From Malacoraja senta (lineage: Eukaryota): a stretch of 64,000 bases of DNA. The translations under genes and the position numbers were made by a program. The stretch's first letter is position 1. The number at the start of each line of letters is the position of its first letter. A model generated the notes under the pieces. The model was not told the DNA's origin and did no database searches. It saw nothing but the letters and a program-made list of their open reading frames with translations. Of this stretch, positions 36,486-50,014 are shown piece after piece. The DNA lies in NCBI GenBank assembly GCA_038087875.1, contig CM076000.1, forward strand, positions 2,356,001-2,420,000. The letters run 5' to 3'.

Positions 36486-38669
36486 GATGTTTTGGGTCAG
36501 CCAGTCTGAAGAAGGGTTCCAACATGAAAAGTCACCATTTCCTTATCTCCAGAGATACTGCGTGACCGGCTGAGTTACTCCAGCATTTTTGTGCCTATTT
36601 ACAAGAATGATGTTGGGATTAGGGGGTATAAGATACAGGGGGAGGTTGGACACTTGGATTGTTTTCTCTGGGACTGGAAGACCTGATAGAAGCATATAAA
36701 ATTATAAGAGGCATAAATAGGGTATACAGAACCTGGTGGTGGAGGCAGATAGTCGGCACTGGTGCAGCGGTAGACTTGCTCCCTTACAGCGCCAGAGACC
36801 CAGGTTCAATCCTGACTATGGGTGCTGTCTGTACGGAGTTTTTACGCTCGCCCTGTGACTGTGTGGGTTTTCTCTGGGTGCTCCTATTTCCTCCTGCTCT
36901 CAAAAGACGTACAGGTTTATAGTTTAATTGGTTTCGGTAAAGATTGTAAATTGTTCCTATTGTTTAGGATAGTGCTAGTGTACGGGAATTGCAGGTCGGA
37001 GTGGATGCGATGGGCTGATAGGCCTATTTCCACGATGTAAATAAACTAATACAATGGTGGCATTTAATCAGCACATGGATATGAAGGGATATGGATTATG
37101 TGCATATAGATAAGAGATGGTCTTGGCATCATCTTTTCCAGTGCAGCCCACGTTGGAATAAATATATGTTTTAATGTATTTATTTTTGCATGTAATTTGC
37201 TTTAACTACCTCCAGGTGGCAGGATTGACTTACAAGTGAATAACTGGGGCTCAATGAGTTGCTTCCAACCATTAATGTAAGGTGTCATGGAGCAGGGTCC
37301 ATAGGGGGAAAATAGTTAACATATAAAATGTCCCTGACATTGACGAATTCACTTCAAACATTATCCTGTATCTGTACACTCTGAACGGCTTGATTGTAAT
37401 CATGGATAGTCTTTCCGCTGACTGGAAAGCACGTAACAAAAAAGCTTTTCACTGTACCTCAGTACACGTGACAATAATAAATAATGTAAACTAAACTCTC
37501 CATCTTCTGTCATAGATTAGCGAATGCAGGGGCCAAAAGCAATGTTCATTTGATTGTAGAATTATTGGCATTTTTTTAATGGGAAGCTGGGAGCTGAAAA
37601 AGAACAAAACTTGTGCCAAAAAATGACAATAAATCACTTTGAACCTCACCTGGAGCCCTGGTATCTCTGGCATATTTGTGACTTTAATCTCTTAATTGTC
37701 TGGGCTTTTATGGTTTACCTTTAATGCCCCCAGGATATTGTAGGTCCCTAAGATATGAATCTGAATAAATGACCAACAAAACAGTTTGGTGCTACACTGC
37801 GTACAAGCAGTAAAATAAGATGACGTGATTTATAAAATCAGGAAAGGAATTGATCGGGTTGACGCGCAGAGTCTCTTGTCCATAGTGGGGGAATCGAGAA
37901 CCAGAGGGCATAGGTTTAAGGTGAAATGGGAAAGATTTTATAGGAATCTGAGGGGTAACTTTTTCACGCAAAGAAGCAATTAGACAGGTACATGGATAGC
38001 ACCGGTTTAGAAGGATAGGGGCCCAACACAGGCAAGTGGGACTAGTGTAGATGGGACACGTTGGTTGGTATGGGCAAGTTGGGCCGAAGGGCTTGTTTCC
38101 ACACTGTATGACTCTATGATTACATAACCTTACAGCGAACCGTAAGTTACACATGCCACAAAATGGTATCATTTACAGGAAGTTGGCTTTACAACTAACT
38201 GTAGAAACAAGGAACTGCAGATGTTGTTTTACACAAAAGGGCATAAAGTGCTGGAGTAACTCAGCAGGTCAGGCGGCATCTCTGGAGAACATGGATCGGT
38301 GACATTTTGGGTCGGGACCCTTTTTTAGATTAGTATAGAGATACATTGTGGAGACAAGCTCTTTGGCTCACTGAGTCCACGCTGACCAACAATCACCCGT
38401 ACACTAGTTCTATCCTACACACTGGTGACAATTTACAGAAGCCAATTAACCTATAAACCTGCACATCTTTGGAATGTGGGAGGAAACCTGAGCACCCAGA
38501 GAAAAGTCACATGGTCAAAGGGAGAACATATCAACTCCAAACAGACAGCACCCGTATTTAGGATCGAACTGGGGTCTCCTGCACCATAAGGCAGCAAATC
38601 AGCTGCTGCGCCACTGCTTCTTCAGACTGCTGGTCAACTTCAGATTAACTATCTGCATACCATCATTTT

Positions 38670-39050
38670 GGAGAAAGATGCTCTTTGGTCAGTCCAAATC
38701 TTGTTGGTCTCCCAGCAGAGCGAGATGTCTGTCAGGGAATGTTGCCGATTGGCCCATTCCAGACTGCAGGGGTACATGCTGAGGGACGTACTGAAGCTCG
38801 GTGCAGCCAATGCCAAGGCTCTGAGGGGGAGGACCACTGTCTAGGGTCCTTCCATTGTTGGACATTGAGGGGCAGGGCACGGTGGAGACACCCCTCAAAC
38901 AAAGGAGGGGATCTCATCCCATGGGACCACATGAATGGCAAGGGTGTTTTGTGTAAAGGCAGGTGCCAACACGACCAAGTATGACACTATTAAATGTATA
39001 GACGCTGAGAAGAGTGAGTATGAAGAGGTTTTTGTGAGTATAAAAAATAT
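38670..39050 (+). mobile_element. Tx1 (L1-clade) ORF2 C-terminal fragment and 3' UTR
   Basis: My translation KDALWSVQILLVSQQSEMSVRECCRLAHSRLQGYMLRDVLKLGAANAKALRGRTTV* resembles Tx1-type ORF2 ends (recognised from memory). Confidence 0.65.
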
Positions 39051-40074
39051 GTGCTGCAGATAATAGCAAAGTCTGACCAAGCTTGATGGTAATATATGAA
39101 TTGTAATTTCTGAATATGATCAACATCTAAGGAAGATTTGGGTGTTGAAATGTAATTTGAATTTCAAGTCACACTCACTTCCTTGAACATTTAATTGGAT
39201 AGATTCAAATAAGTATCTAAGGGCTCCATTTGAGTCAGCCAATGAGAGATCACTATGCATTGAACATTGAACATACAATGTACTGCACAGGAACAGGCCA
39301 TTCAGCTAACAATGTTTGTGTCCAGCATGATGCCAAAATAAACTCATTTCATCTGCCTGCAAGTGATCCATATGCTTCCATTCCCTGAATATCCACGTGC
39401 CTATCTAAAAGCCTCTTAAATGCCACTATTGTATTTGAACTATACTATATGCCTATGTTTAGTTTAATTTTGTTTAGTAAACAGCATGGAAATAGGCGCT
39501 TCAGCCCACCGAGTCCACACTGACCGATGATCGCCTATTCCCATCAGTTCCGTTACCCCACTCTCTCATCCACTCTCTTCAGACTCGGGACAATTTACAG
39601 AGGCCAATTAACCTACAAACCTGTATGTCTAAGGGATGTGGGAGGAATCCGGAGCGCCTGGATGACACCCACGCGGTCACAGGGAGAATGTGCAAATTTC
39701 ACACAGACAGCACCCAAGGTCAGGATTGAAGCCAGGTCTCTGGAGCGGGTGAGCCAGCAGTTCTACCCGCTGCGCCATTGTCGGATAGGATCGGCCACTT
39801 TCTGCCACAATTGGCTGGAAATAATAAGGAGGCTCATTTTAATAACAGCACTGTGCCTGATTTAGGAGATCTGTGAGGAATTGGTCTGATGTATACATGT
39901 AATAAACCTGTCCAGAAAAGTCATAGCACTAAAAATAAGCAAGAATGCAGCAGGTGCGCTATTTAAAGGGCACATCTGCACAGTACTGGGTAGTGAAAGA
40001 TTAACCATCTGCTTTCTGCTGCTGTGCACAAACCCCTTGTAAATGCATCAATTAGCCATCTAGCCAATCTAATT

Positions 40075-40381
40075 TATTTTATTTTAGTTTAGAGATACAG
40101 CGTGGAAACAAGCCCTTCGACCCTCTGAGTCCATGCTGACCAGCGACCACCCGCACACTACTTCTATCCTACACACAGAGGGACAATTTTGCAGAAGCTA
40201 AATAACCTACATACCAGCACGTTTTTGGAGTGTGGGAGGAAACCAGAGCACCCGGAGAAAAACCATGCAGTCATAGGGAGAATGTACAAACTCCACACAC
40301 ACACAGCACCTATGGTCATGATCGAATCCGGGTCTCTGGCACTGTGAGGCAGGAACTCCACCGCCGCACTACTGTGCCCCC
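40075..40381 (-). mobile_element. HE1-type SINE
   Basis: Reverse match to the SINE consensus. Confidence 0.85.
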
Positions 40382-40729
40382 CTAAAGATAAAGCTGTGAA
40401 AGTAATGTATTGTATGGCAACTCAAGGAACTGCAGAAGGTGGAATTTGGAGTAAAACATAAAGTGCTGAAGTAACTGAGCGGGTCAGTCAGCATCTCTGG
40501 AGAACATGGACAGATGATGTTTTGGGTCGGGACCCTTCTACAAACTGATTGTAGCATTGTAGCATTGAGGAGAAAACTCATCATTAGAGCCAGGATTTTG
40601 CCTTAAATGCCATGTGCCTTTTCATGCCTTTTTTGATGATTTCAGGAAGATAATGCCTTTTTCACGATTGAGTGCCTAAATCAGCCTTTTTTGCCTTTTT
40701 AACGTAACATACAAGATAATTTACACCAC

Positions 40730-41183
40730 CGGGGTGAAACCCGGCTGTAAGTGGGTGCTAAGTGGTGATTGGAGAGGGGTGCGTGGGAAAGGGTCCAGTC
40801 TTTGCAAACTGGAGTCATGCTTTAAGTAGGTGTGAAGTGGTGATTGGGGAGGAGTAGGTGGGGAAGGGTCCAGTCTTTTCAAACTGGAGTCAAGCTGTGA
40901 GTAGGTGTGAAGTGTTGGCTGGGGTTACCAGGGTTAAGTTTCTGTTTATCGAAACTGCAGTAGAAATCGTTCAGGTCGTTGGTCAGCTGATGATTGTCCA
41001 AGGAGCGGGGGGGTTTTCCTCTTGTAGCTTGTGATTTCTTGCAAGCCCTTCCACACTGAAGAAGAGTCATTTGCTGAGAACTTGCTCCTCAACTTCTCAG
41101 AGTACCTTTCCTTGGCAGCTCTGATTCCTCCTCTTAGCTTGTACTTGGCCTGCCTGTAGAGGTCTGCATCCCCGCTCCTGTAG
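40730..41183 (-). mobile_element. Rex1/Babar LINE fragment nested in the hAT element
   Basis: YRSGDADLYRQAKYKLRGGIRAAKERYSEKL...SVWKGLQEITSYK; LTNDLNDFYCSFD. Confidence 0.8.
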
Positions 41184-41206
41184 AATCTACCCCTGCAAGT
41201 GTCAAA

Positions 41207-42130
41207 ATGCCTAAAGTCGTCAACGCCTTGTAAAAAACTGAACGATTTGGTGAGAGTGTACGGGAGTGATATATTCTCCAGACAACTGTGTGCTGTTTTG
41301 CAACGCATGTGAGAAAGCAGTGAATCATGAGAAAAAATATTTCATCTTCATGCAGCTAAACACAAGTTGGTGGCAGAGAAACAGAAGGTAGGAAATACGC
41401 AAGCTTGTCTCCTCACAACTGCTGGCTACAATCGCAAATCTGAGTTTTCGAGTGATTTATGCAACGCATTCATTGATGCTAGAATTCCACTGTGGAAATT
41501 GGAAAACAAATCTCTCAGAGTTTTTTTAGGGAAATACACAGAGGAACATATACCAAGCGAGTCATCATTATGGAAAAATTATGTTGACAGCAACTTCAAC
41601 ATTGTTGTGCAGAAAATTAGAGATGAAGTTGCATGCAACAAAATATGGATCTCAATAGACGAGATAACTGATGCTGTGGGGAGGTTTGTTGCCAATGTGG
41701 TCATTGGTACACTGGAGGCAGGTCAACCATCAAAGGAGTATTTCTTGACATCGGACGTATTGGAGAAGTCAAAGAGCTGAACTATTGCTCAGTTGTTTAC
41801 ATCTTCAATTGCTGTACTTTGTACTTAAAGTTCCTGGCGAAGTAGGTGAAGACATACAAGGAAAATGTGAGAGGGTGATTTTAGCTAACAAAGATCTTGA
41901 AGAAATACAAAACATAGCTAAAGTTCTCAAAGGTAGTTATAATGAACAAGATATCGACATGGATGTAGAGTTTGTAGCTTGCTTCAGGTATGCACCAGTG
42001 ACCTCAGCTGGGGTAGAAAGAAGTTTTTCACAACTGTAGCATATTCTGTCTGACAGACGGCATAGTTTAACACCAGATAATTTGACAAAATGCTGGTAGT
42101 TATGTGCAACCAGGCAACTTTGGTCATTTA
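41207..42130 (+). pseudogene. hAT-type transposase, internally deleted
   Basis: MPKV start, C..CEK zinc-finger remnant, FSSDLCNAFIDARIPLWKLEN, IWISIDEITDAVGR, YAPVTSAGVERSFS. Confidence 0.8.
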
Positions 42131-42293
42131 ATGTAGTATACCTTTATAATTATCATTTTTAACCATCTTTTGGTGGTGGACATAAATGCCTTTTTTGTCA
42201 ATAAATTCCTTTTTCGTGCCTTTTTTGTAATTTTATTATGCCTTTTTGCCTGCCTATTTCAGAGATTTTTAGCGCCTAAACATCCTGGCTCTA

Positions 42294-42543
42294 CTAATAA
42301 TAATAATAATAATAAATTTTATTTATGGGCGCCTTTCAAATCTCAAGGACACCTTACAAGATTTAACAAGATTTTACAGTAGAAACATGTAAGCGGAATA
42401 AAATAAATAGTAAAGACATCACAAGTACACAAATTAAAAACAGGATTCAATCCGAACACAAAAATCAAAAACACAGTATGGAAGAGAGAGCAGCGGCTGC
42501 TAATACGCGCCAGCGTCCACTCCCGCTTCCGGCAGCCATCTTC
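42294..42543 (-). mobile_element. Short SINE-like element with an L2-type tail
   Basis: Minus-strand head aagatggctgccggaagcggg; tail gtgtccttgagatttgaaaggcgcccataaataaaat(tta)n. Confidence 0.6.
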
Positions 42544-42614
42544 TACACAAACTCATCGTGTATACATCCTGGAGGCAGAACAAAACCTGGCAGGTGATAG
42601 GTGGATATGGGAGA

Positions 42615-43790
42615 GGGGGTTTGATAAGGTCCCACATAGGAGATTAGTGGGCAAAATTAGGGCACATGGTATTGGGGGTAGAGTGCTGACATGGATAGAG
42701 AAGTGGTTGGCAGACAGGAAACAAAGAGTAGGGATTAACGGGTCCCTTTCAGAATGGCAGGCAGTAACTAGTGGGGTACCGCAAGGCTCGGTGCTGGGAC
42801 CGCAGCTATTTACAATGTACATCAATGATTTGGATGAAGGGATTCAAAGTAACATTAGCAAATTTGCAGATGACACAAAGCTGGGTGGCAGTGTGAACTG
42901 TGAGGAGGATGCTATGAGAATGCAGGGTGACTTGGACAGGTTGGGGGAGTGGGCAGATGCATGGCAGATTAAGTTTAATGCGGATAAATGTGAGGTTATC
43001 CACTTTGGTAGCAAAAACAGGAAGGCAGATTATTATCTAAATGGCGTCAAGTTTGGAAAAGGGGAAGTACAACGGGATCTGGGGTCCTTGTACATCAGTC
43101 TATGAAAGTAAGCATGCAGGTACAGCAGGCAGTGAAGAAAGCGAATGGCATGTTGGCCTTTATAACAAGAGGAATCAAATATAAGAGCAAAGAGGTCCTT
43201 CTGCAGTTGTACAGAGTCCTAGTGAGACCACACCTGGAGTATTGTGTGCAGTTTTGGTCCCCTAATTTGAGGAAGGACATTCTTGCTATTGAGGGTGTGC
43301 AGCGTAGGTTTACAAGGTTAATTCCCGGGATGGCGGGACTGTCATATGCTGAGAGAATGGAGCAGCTGGGCTTGTACACTCTGGAGTTTAGAAGGATGAG
43401 AGGAGATCTCATTGAAACATATAAGATTGTTAAGGGCTTGGACATGCTAGAGGCAGGAAACATTTTCCCGATGTTGGGGGAGTCCAGAACCAGGGGCCAC
43501 AGTTTAAGAATAAGGAGTAAGCCATTTAGAACGGAGACGAGGAAACACTTTTTCTCACAGAGAGTGGTGAGTCTGTGGAATTCTCTGCCTCAGAGGGCAG
43601 TGGAGGCAGGATCTCTGGATGCTTTCAAGAGAGAGCTAGATAGGGCTCTTAAAAATAGCAGTCAGGGGATATGGGGAGAAGGCAGGAACAGGGTACTGAT
43701 TGGGGATGATCAGCCATGATCACATTGAATGGCGGTGCTGGCTCGAATGGCCTACTCCTGCATCTATTGTCCATTGTCTATTGTCTATTG
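42615..43790 (+). mobile_element. Best-preserved CR1/HER1 LINE (RT to 3' tail)
   Basis: FDKVPHRRL, SGVPQGSVLGPQLF, KFADDTK, LVRPHLEYCVQFWSP, FFSQRVVSLWNSLP; few frameshifts; (ctattgt)n tail. Confidence 0.93.
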
Positions 43791-44356
43791 ATTGGCAGAA
43801 GGTGGAGTAGGTGACAAACGCTAGAGATGTTAAGGAGACAAAAGGGTGTAAGATAAGGAGAGGTGGAATTCATCGCCACAAATGGCAGTGGAGGCCAAGT
43901 CATTGGGTATTTTTAAGGTGGAGATTGCCAGATTCCTATTTACTAACGGTGTCAGGGGTTATGGGGAGAAGGCAGGAGAATGGGGTCGAGAGGGAAAGAT
44001 AAATCAGCCATGATTGAATGGCAGAGTAAACTCAATGGACAGAATGGCCCAACTCTGCTCCCATGACTTATGAACTCATGAAACTATGAGGAGTGAAATG
44101 TGGAGCCAGAAGGAGGGATATAGGTGGATATAAGGGGAGCAAGATGGTGTGAGAAATGGGTGTGCACTGAGGTGGGGCAAGGGAAAGAGAGGATGGAGAA
44201 AAGGTACATTGTACACTGAGCCCATGATGGTGAGCAGCATCAGTTTCTGGTGACCCTTGTATTCACATGGACAGGCTTGCCCTGTCCACCGCATGAAGCT
44301 TTCATCTCTTTTGCCTATTATCTGTTAAACAACTAATGCAAACACCATGCATTTTA

Positions 44357-44959
44357 AGGCCGTGTCTTACCTGTTTGCGGTCATCGGCGGTGAAGCGCGG
44401 CGTCGCCGGTAGCTAGGACCGCGCGGCAAAGGCGAGAGCGTCGAGCCTATCCACCGGAGCGCCGCACGGATGTTGCGCGGGGGCAGAGTTAATTCAAACA
44501 CGGCGGGTCCCACATGCTTGCGGTAAGTAAAAAAAGGGCGGGCCGACTGCGATGACGTCGGCCCCCCGCACGTGACTCACCAGCGGCGGCTGTGGCGGCG
44601 GCCATCCTGATCGCGGCGCTGTAGCGATGGCTGTGCCTGTGGCCGCGCAGCACACGTGCCTCACTGGCGGCGGCACGTGCGTCACTGGCGGAGGCTGTGG
44701 CAGAGGAGGTTTGACGCACGGCGCTCGACCCACACTGGCGGCGGCCCGTGCGAGCGGCCGTGCGCACTCGTGCATCACTGGTGGAGGTTGTGCGGTGAGT
44801 ATAGAGTTTTCGACATTGTCGATTTTATTTTTGCACCGCGCGGTGTTGGGAACACCGTCGCACGGCCCGGGAATTGTTCTTTCTCACGAGTGCGCGGTTT
44901 ATGGCGGCAGATTCTTCCCGTTTCGCCGCCAATGACCGCAGATTCGTGAGACAGACCTT
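44357..44959. mobile_element. CpG-rich Harbinger-like MITE
   Basis: Imperfect ~40-bp TIRs aggccgtgtcttacctgtttgcggtcatcggcggtgaa / ttcgccgccaatgaccgcagattcgtgagacagacct; TTA flanks. Confidence 0.75.
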
Positions 44960-46781
44960 TTACGCTTGTCCCCATTTGGTGAAAATCCATCCTAAAATGT
45001 GAAGTTAAGTTCAATCAACAACAAAGTTTAGAGGACACTAATGCCTGTCGCGAAAAAAAGTGTCTTATTGAGTTTGAAACAATTTTGCATTTAATTTAAA
45101 AAGGCTGATGGAAGCAGAATAATTGCTATCAAACACAACAATCACAAAGGCAAAACATTCCACAAATGGCATTGAAATAAGCAATGTATATTGGTATTTT
45201 TAGTTAAGAGAGAAATGTTGACTGGGCAACTGTTTCATAAACTGAGGTAATTGACCTTGAATGTCGAAAAAAATAATAGAGTCTATGGGTTATCAAATTA
45301 AATCAGAATAAATCAGACAGCAACTTTACCTAAAGTCATGGAGTCATATGGCACATAAACAGGCCCTCAGCCTAACTTGCCCATGCTGACCATGATGCCC
45401 CATCTACACTAATCCCACCTGCCTGCGTTTAGCCCATATCCTTCTAAATCATGCCTATCCTTGTACCTATCCAAATATCTGTTACATCTTGTTATCGTAT
45501 TTGCCGCAACTAATTTTTCTGGCAGCTCGTTCCATATACCCTGTGTGGAAAATGTTGCCCTCCGATTCCTATTAAATCTTTCCTCTCACCTTAAACCTTT
45601 GTCCTCTGGTTCTTGATTTCCCAACTCTGGGTAAATGGCTTTGTGCATTTACCTTATCTATTCCTCTCATGATCTAATACACATACTAATCACTCCTCAT
45701 CCTCCTACGCTTTTTCCATGTTTTTCCCTATGGAATGAGAGGAGAGGTGAGGATTGTGGGGGTTGGGGGGGGGGGGGATTTAATAAGAACCTGAGGGGTA
45801 ACTTTTTCATACAAAGGGTGGTGGGTGTATGGAACGAGCTGCCGGAGGAGGCAGTTGAGGCAGATACTACTGCAACGTTTAAGAAACATTTAGACAGGTA
45901 CGTGGGACAATTAACTTTGCAGCATGCATTTGGGATGTGGAAAGAAACAGGAGCACCCAGAGGAAACCACATAGTCACGGAGAGAACCTACAGACCACCC
46001 CCGGGGTCAGGATGCAACTTGGGTCACCAGACCCCCAGGCTCTGTCATTGCCACCCACACAAGAACCGTAAAGGCAAGCACATTCCACAAATGCCACTGA
46101 CTTGAATAAAACTGTTTTTCTGTTTATTGGTTAGGAGAGGAATGTTGACCAGGATATCGGGCGAGTGTTCCATAAACTTTGGTATGGGGCTTGGAACATC
46201 CAAGTGAATCTTAACATACATCCCGAGAACTGTACAACCCCATTGTCCCTGGCTATTGCTGGTTTGGGAATGGAAACAGCCTGCATTCAGTGCCCTGCAA
46301 GCTTATCTAAAGTATGGTAAAGGATTTTTACGTTTGTCTGGCACCAATCTGATTTAGGTGAACACACAACTTTCTCTTTGCTTTCCATAAACTTAACAGT
46401 CTTTCCTTCCTCAGTATCGCGTTGACCCCGATGTTAAAAATTGCCTGTTATCAGCTGACTGAACCGTCCTCTCACCAACTAGTGGGCGGTCCTGACCTCC
46501 CATTTACCTCATTGGAGACCTTCAAACTATCTTTACACTTTACTTTAGACTTCAGATACACCCCAGTGCGGAAACAAGCCCTCCGGCCCACCGAGAGCGC
46601 GCCGACCAGCGATCACCCCGTACACTAGCACTATCCTACGCACTAGAGACAATTTTTACAACTGCGGACAAAGCCAGAGTTTTGGTAACATTGGCAACAT
46701 TCAGGCTAGGAGCACAAGGAACAGTCAGAAACCATACAGAAGCGAAGTCTGATCAACTGAAACAAAAACTGTATTGTAGTA

Positions 46782-47158
46782 CAGGACCACCACTGATTTT
46801 CCGGTACCTTTGGTTCCAGAGCCTGGCTGGATTACCCGTTTTGCCAGACCAACAAAGGTCACAGCCTCCAAGAGGTGTCCAATGGCACTGAAATGGTCCA
46901 CCTAGGCCTTCAAGGCCCGTAAATTAGGCCTTGGGAGTCAGCTATGGGAATGGATCTGCCGGCTCCGGCCAGACCAGAGTTCCAGAGCCCTGGCCACAGG
47001 GTGCAAATTCGACCCGCCTATTGGCCGATGAAATCCTGATGAGGCACCACATGTTCGGCGGGACCTCCGGGGGGTGGGAGTTCAAGTGCGCTCACTTATT
47101 TTTGTCAATTAAAGAAGGTTCCGGACCACCAGTTGCTGGAAAATCGGTGGTGGACTTG
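46782..47158. mobile_element. Tc1/mariner (Tigger/pogo-like) MITE
   Basis: TA|caggaccaccactgattttccgg ... ctggaaaatcggtggtggacttg|TA. Confidence 0.8.
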
Positions 47159-47734
47159 TAATTTATTACGAAATCAGCAAATTTTCAAAACTTTGGTGTC
47201 TGAGCAATTCCTTATGGGAAATTTATCATATTCTGAAACATTAGGAATTATTTATGAAGTTTAAAAATAATTCCTACAGCCAGTAATGAGAGGCCAGACA
47301 CTGGGGACACCTCTTAGCAATGGTGAGGGATTGGGATAGGGACACTGTCGGCAGAGAATACCTAAGGAGTAGGAAGGCAGAACCATGGCTAGCAGTGATG
47401 GGGTATTGAGGCAAGGAGACAAAGGCTTCTCTTAGGCATGATGGTGCAAGGAGCACATTAATTCACACCAACTCCTAAGACTTTAAACTTTAGACTGCAG
47501 CACTAAATCACAAATGTTATTGATTCATTTTCCTGTGTTTATCCTCCTCTGCTAAAGTGCATGTTCACTTCAGTTTCTAAAGTAGGAAATCAAGCATTAA
47601 ATCACATAGACGAACTGAAATGAACTTTTATTGAACAATAAATGCACCTCATAGAGTCATACAGCACGGAAACAGGCCCATCGGCCCAACTCGACCATGC
47701 CGACGATGGTACCACAAATAAATTAGTCTAATTT

Positions 47735-48146
47735 GTTCAGTTCAGCTCAAAGATACAGCGCGGAAACAGGCCCTTTGGCCCACCGAGTCCACACCAACCA
47801 ACGATCACCCCATACACTAACTAACCTACACACGGGACAATTTATAATTTTTACCAAAGCCAATTAACCTACAAACCTGTACGTCTATGGAGTGTGGAGT
47901 GAAACCGAGCATCCGGATTTTCCCTGTGACCGCATGAATGTTCTCTCGATGCTCCGATTTCCTCCCACACTTCAAAGACGTATAAGTTTGTAGGATAATT
48001 GGCTTCAGTAATACGGTAATTGTAGAATTGTCCCTGGTGTGTAGGATAGTGGCCGTATATGGGTTGACTGCTGGTCGGTGCGGCCTTGGTGGGCCAAAGG
48101 GCCTGTTTCCGCGCCGTATCTCAAAATTAAACTAAACTAAACTAAA
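47735..48146. mobile_element. Two HE1 SINE 3' halves fused in inverted orientation
   Basis: Minus copy to ~47915, plus copy from ~47920; both heads are missing. Confidence 0.8.
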
Positions 48147-48669
48147 GCAATTAAAAGGAGTTCAATTCAGTTATATTTTGTTTAAAAAAAATGAAACTGG
48201 TTATTAGACTGGAGCTAAGGAAGTTAAGTAGGTAGAATGCAGACAAATTGTCAACATGAGACAACATATCATCCACAATGGATTGAGTGAAATTGGCAGA
48301 GGCATTCCCAACACAGGTCAGTATATTTTTTATACCTTTTATATGATAAGACATTGGACAGATGTATCACCGCATGAAGCCACATTGTTCTCTCTGGCTG
48401 TGATTACATGTAATGAAAGCTGCAGCCAGAGTCACTGCAATGGCCCCAGCACCAGATGGCTGCCACTTGGCTGTGATGATGAGAAAGCTGCAGGGTTGAG
48501 GAAGAAATGGCAATGCACATCCTGTCTTTCTGTGAACAGGGGAGGCACTGATAACGTCAAATATTTGCATTAGGTTAAATCAGGAATTCACTGATATTGT
48601 GTGTTTCACAACTCGCTATTCAGTTTAGGATTTTCCCTTTGGGGTTTTGTCGTAGGATCCTTGATATCA

Positions 48670-48963
48670 GGGGCGGCACAGTGGTGCAGCGGTAGAGTAG
48701 CTGCTTTACAGCGCCAGAGAGCCGGGTTCGAACCTGACTATGGGTGATGTCTGTACAGACTTTGTATGCTCTCCCTGGGTTTTCCCCGGGTGCTTCAGTT
48801 TCCTACCACACTCCAAAAGACGTACAGGTTAGTAGGTTACTTGACTATGGTAAAAATTGTAGATTGTCCCTAGTGTGTAGGAAAGTGCTAATTAATGGAG
48901 TGATCACTGGTCGGTGCAGACCCGGTGGGTCAAAGGGCCTGTTTCCACACTGTATGTCTAAAA
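48670..48963 (+). mobile_element. HE1-type SINE
   Basis: ggggcggcacagtggtgcagcggtagag...gggttcgaacc plus the tail. Confidence 0.88.
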
Positions 48964-49034
48964 TCACTAATGTAAAGTCTAAACATGTCATAGTGAAGGA
49001 TGAAGTAACTAGCATGGAAGTCTATGTTTTACGG

Positions 49035-49480
49035 CGATGTTGCCAGGACTTGCGGGCTTGAGCTATAGGGAGAGATTGGCCAGGCTAGAACTTTATTCCT
49101 TGGAGTGCAGGAGGCTGAGGAGTGATCTTATACAGGTGTATAAGACCATGAAGGAAATAGATAGGGTGAATGCACCGAGTCATTTGCCTAGGATAGGGGA
49201 ATCAAGAACCAAAGGACAGCTGTTTAAGGTGAGAGAGGAAATATTTAGTAGAAACTCGAGGGTTCACTTTTTCACACAGAGGGTGGTGGATATATGGAAT
49301 GAGCTTCCAGAGGAGGTACTGAGGCATGTACTATAACAATATTTAAAAAGCATTTGGGTGAGGACCCAGGGATAAGAAAGGTTTAGAAGGATATGGGCCA
49401 AACGCATGCAGGTGGGACTAGTGTAGATGGGGCATCTTGGTCAGCATGGGCAAGTTAGGCCAAAGGCCCTGTTTCTGCAC
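49035..49480 (+). mobile_element. CR1/HER1 LINE 3' end
   Basis: MLPGLAGLSYRERL...FFTQRVVDIWNELPE. Confidence 0.85.
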
Positions 49481-50014
49481 TTTAGTTTACTTTAGTTTAG
49501 AGATACAGCATGGAAACAGGCCCTTCAGCCCACCAAATCCACACTGACCAACTATCACCTGTACACTAGTTCTACATCATCCTAGTTTTGCATCCAACAC
49601 ACTATAAATAAAATCTGTTATTATTATTAGGGACAATTTACAGAAGCCAATTAACTTACAACCCACATGTCTTTGGAATGTGGGAGGAAACCAAAGCACC
49701 TGGAGAAAGCCCAAGTGGTCAGTGGGAGAATGTACAAACTCCGTACAGACAACACCCTTAGTCCGGGTCGAACCTAGTTCTTTGTTGTTGTAAGACAGCA
49801 ACTCGACCGCTGCACCACTGTGCTGTATGACTCTGTGACTCCATGACTCTTAAGTCCAATTTAACATTCAGAGCATAAAATCTATAGATAGCAACTATTC
49901 TATAATTTAAAAAAAGAAAAATAATTCATCATATCACTACTAGCAAGAGAACATTGCTTATTTAGCATTAAGCAACCTCAAACGTATCACTTGGATATCT
50001 GAGCAAGAAGTAAT

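Larger units (their letters stand above)
40585..42293 (+). mobile_element. hAT-like DNA transposon (DUF659/CGGBP-like transposase), both TIRs present
   Basis: TIRs tagagccaggat / atcctggctcta; flanks ctcatcat / ctaataat (6/8 match); subterminal tgcctttt repeats at both ends. Confidence 0.85.

Noticed and set aside
48670..48745. tRNA gene
   Set aside because: The A and B boxes belong to a SINE head that continues into the SINE core and LINE-derived tail; there are many diverged copies.
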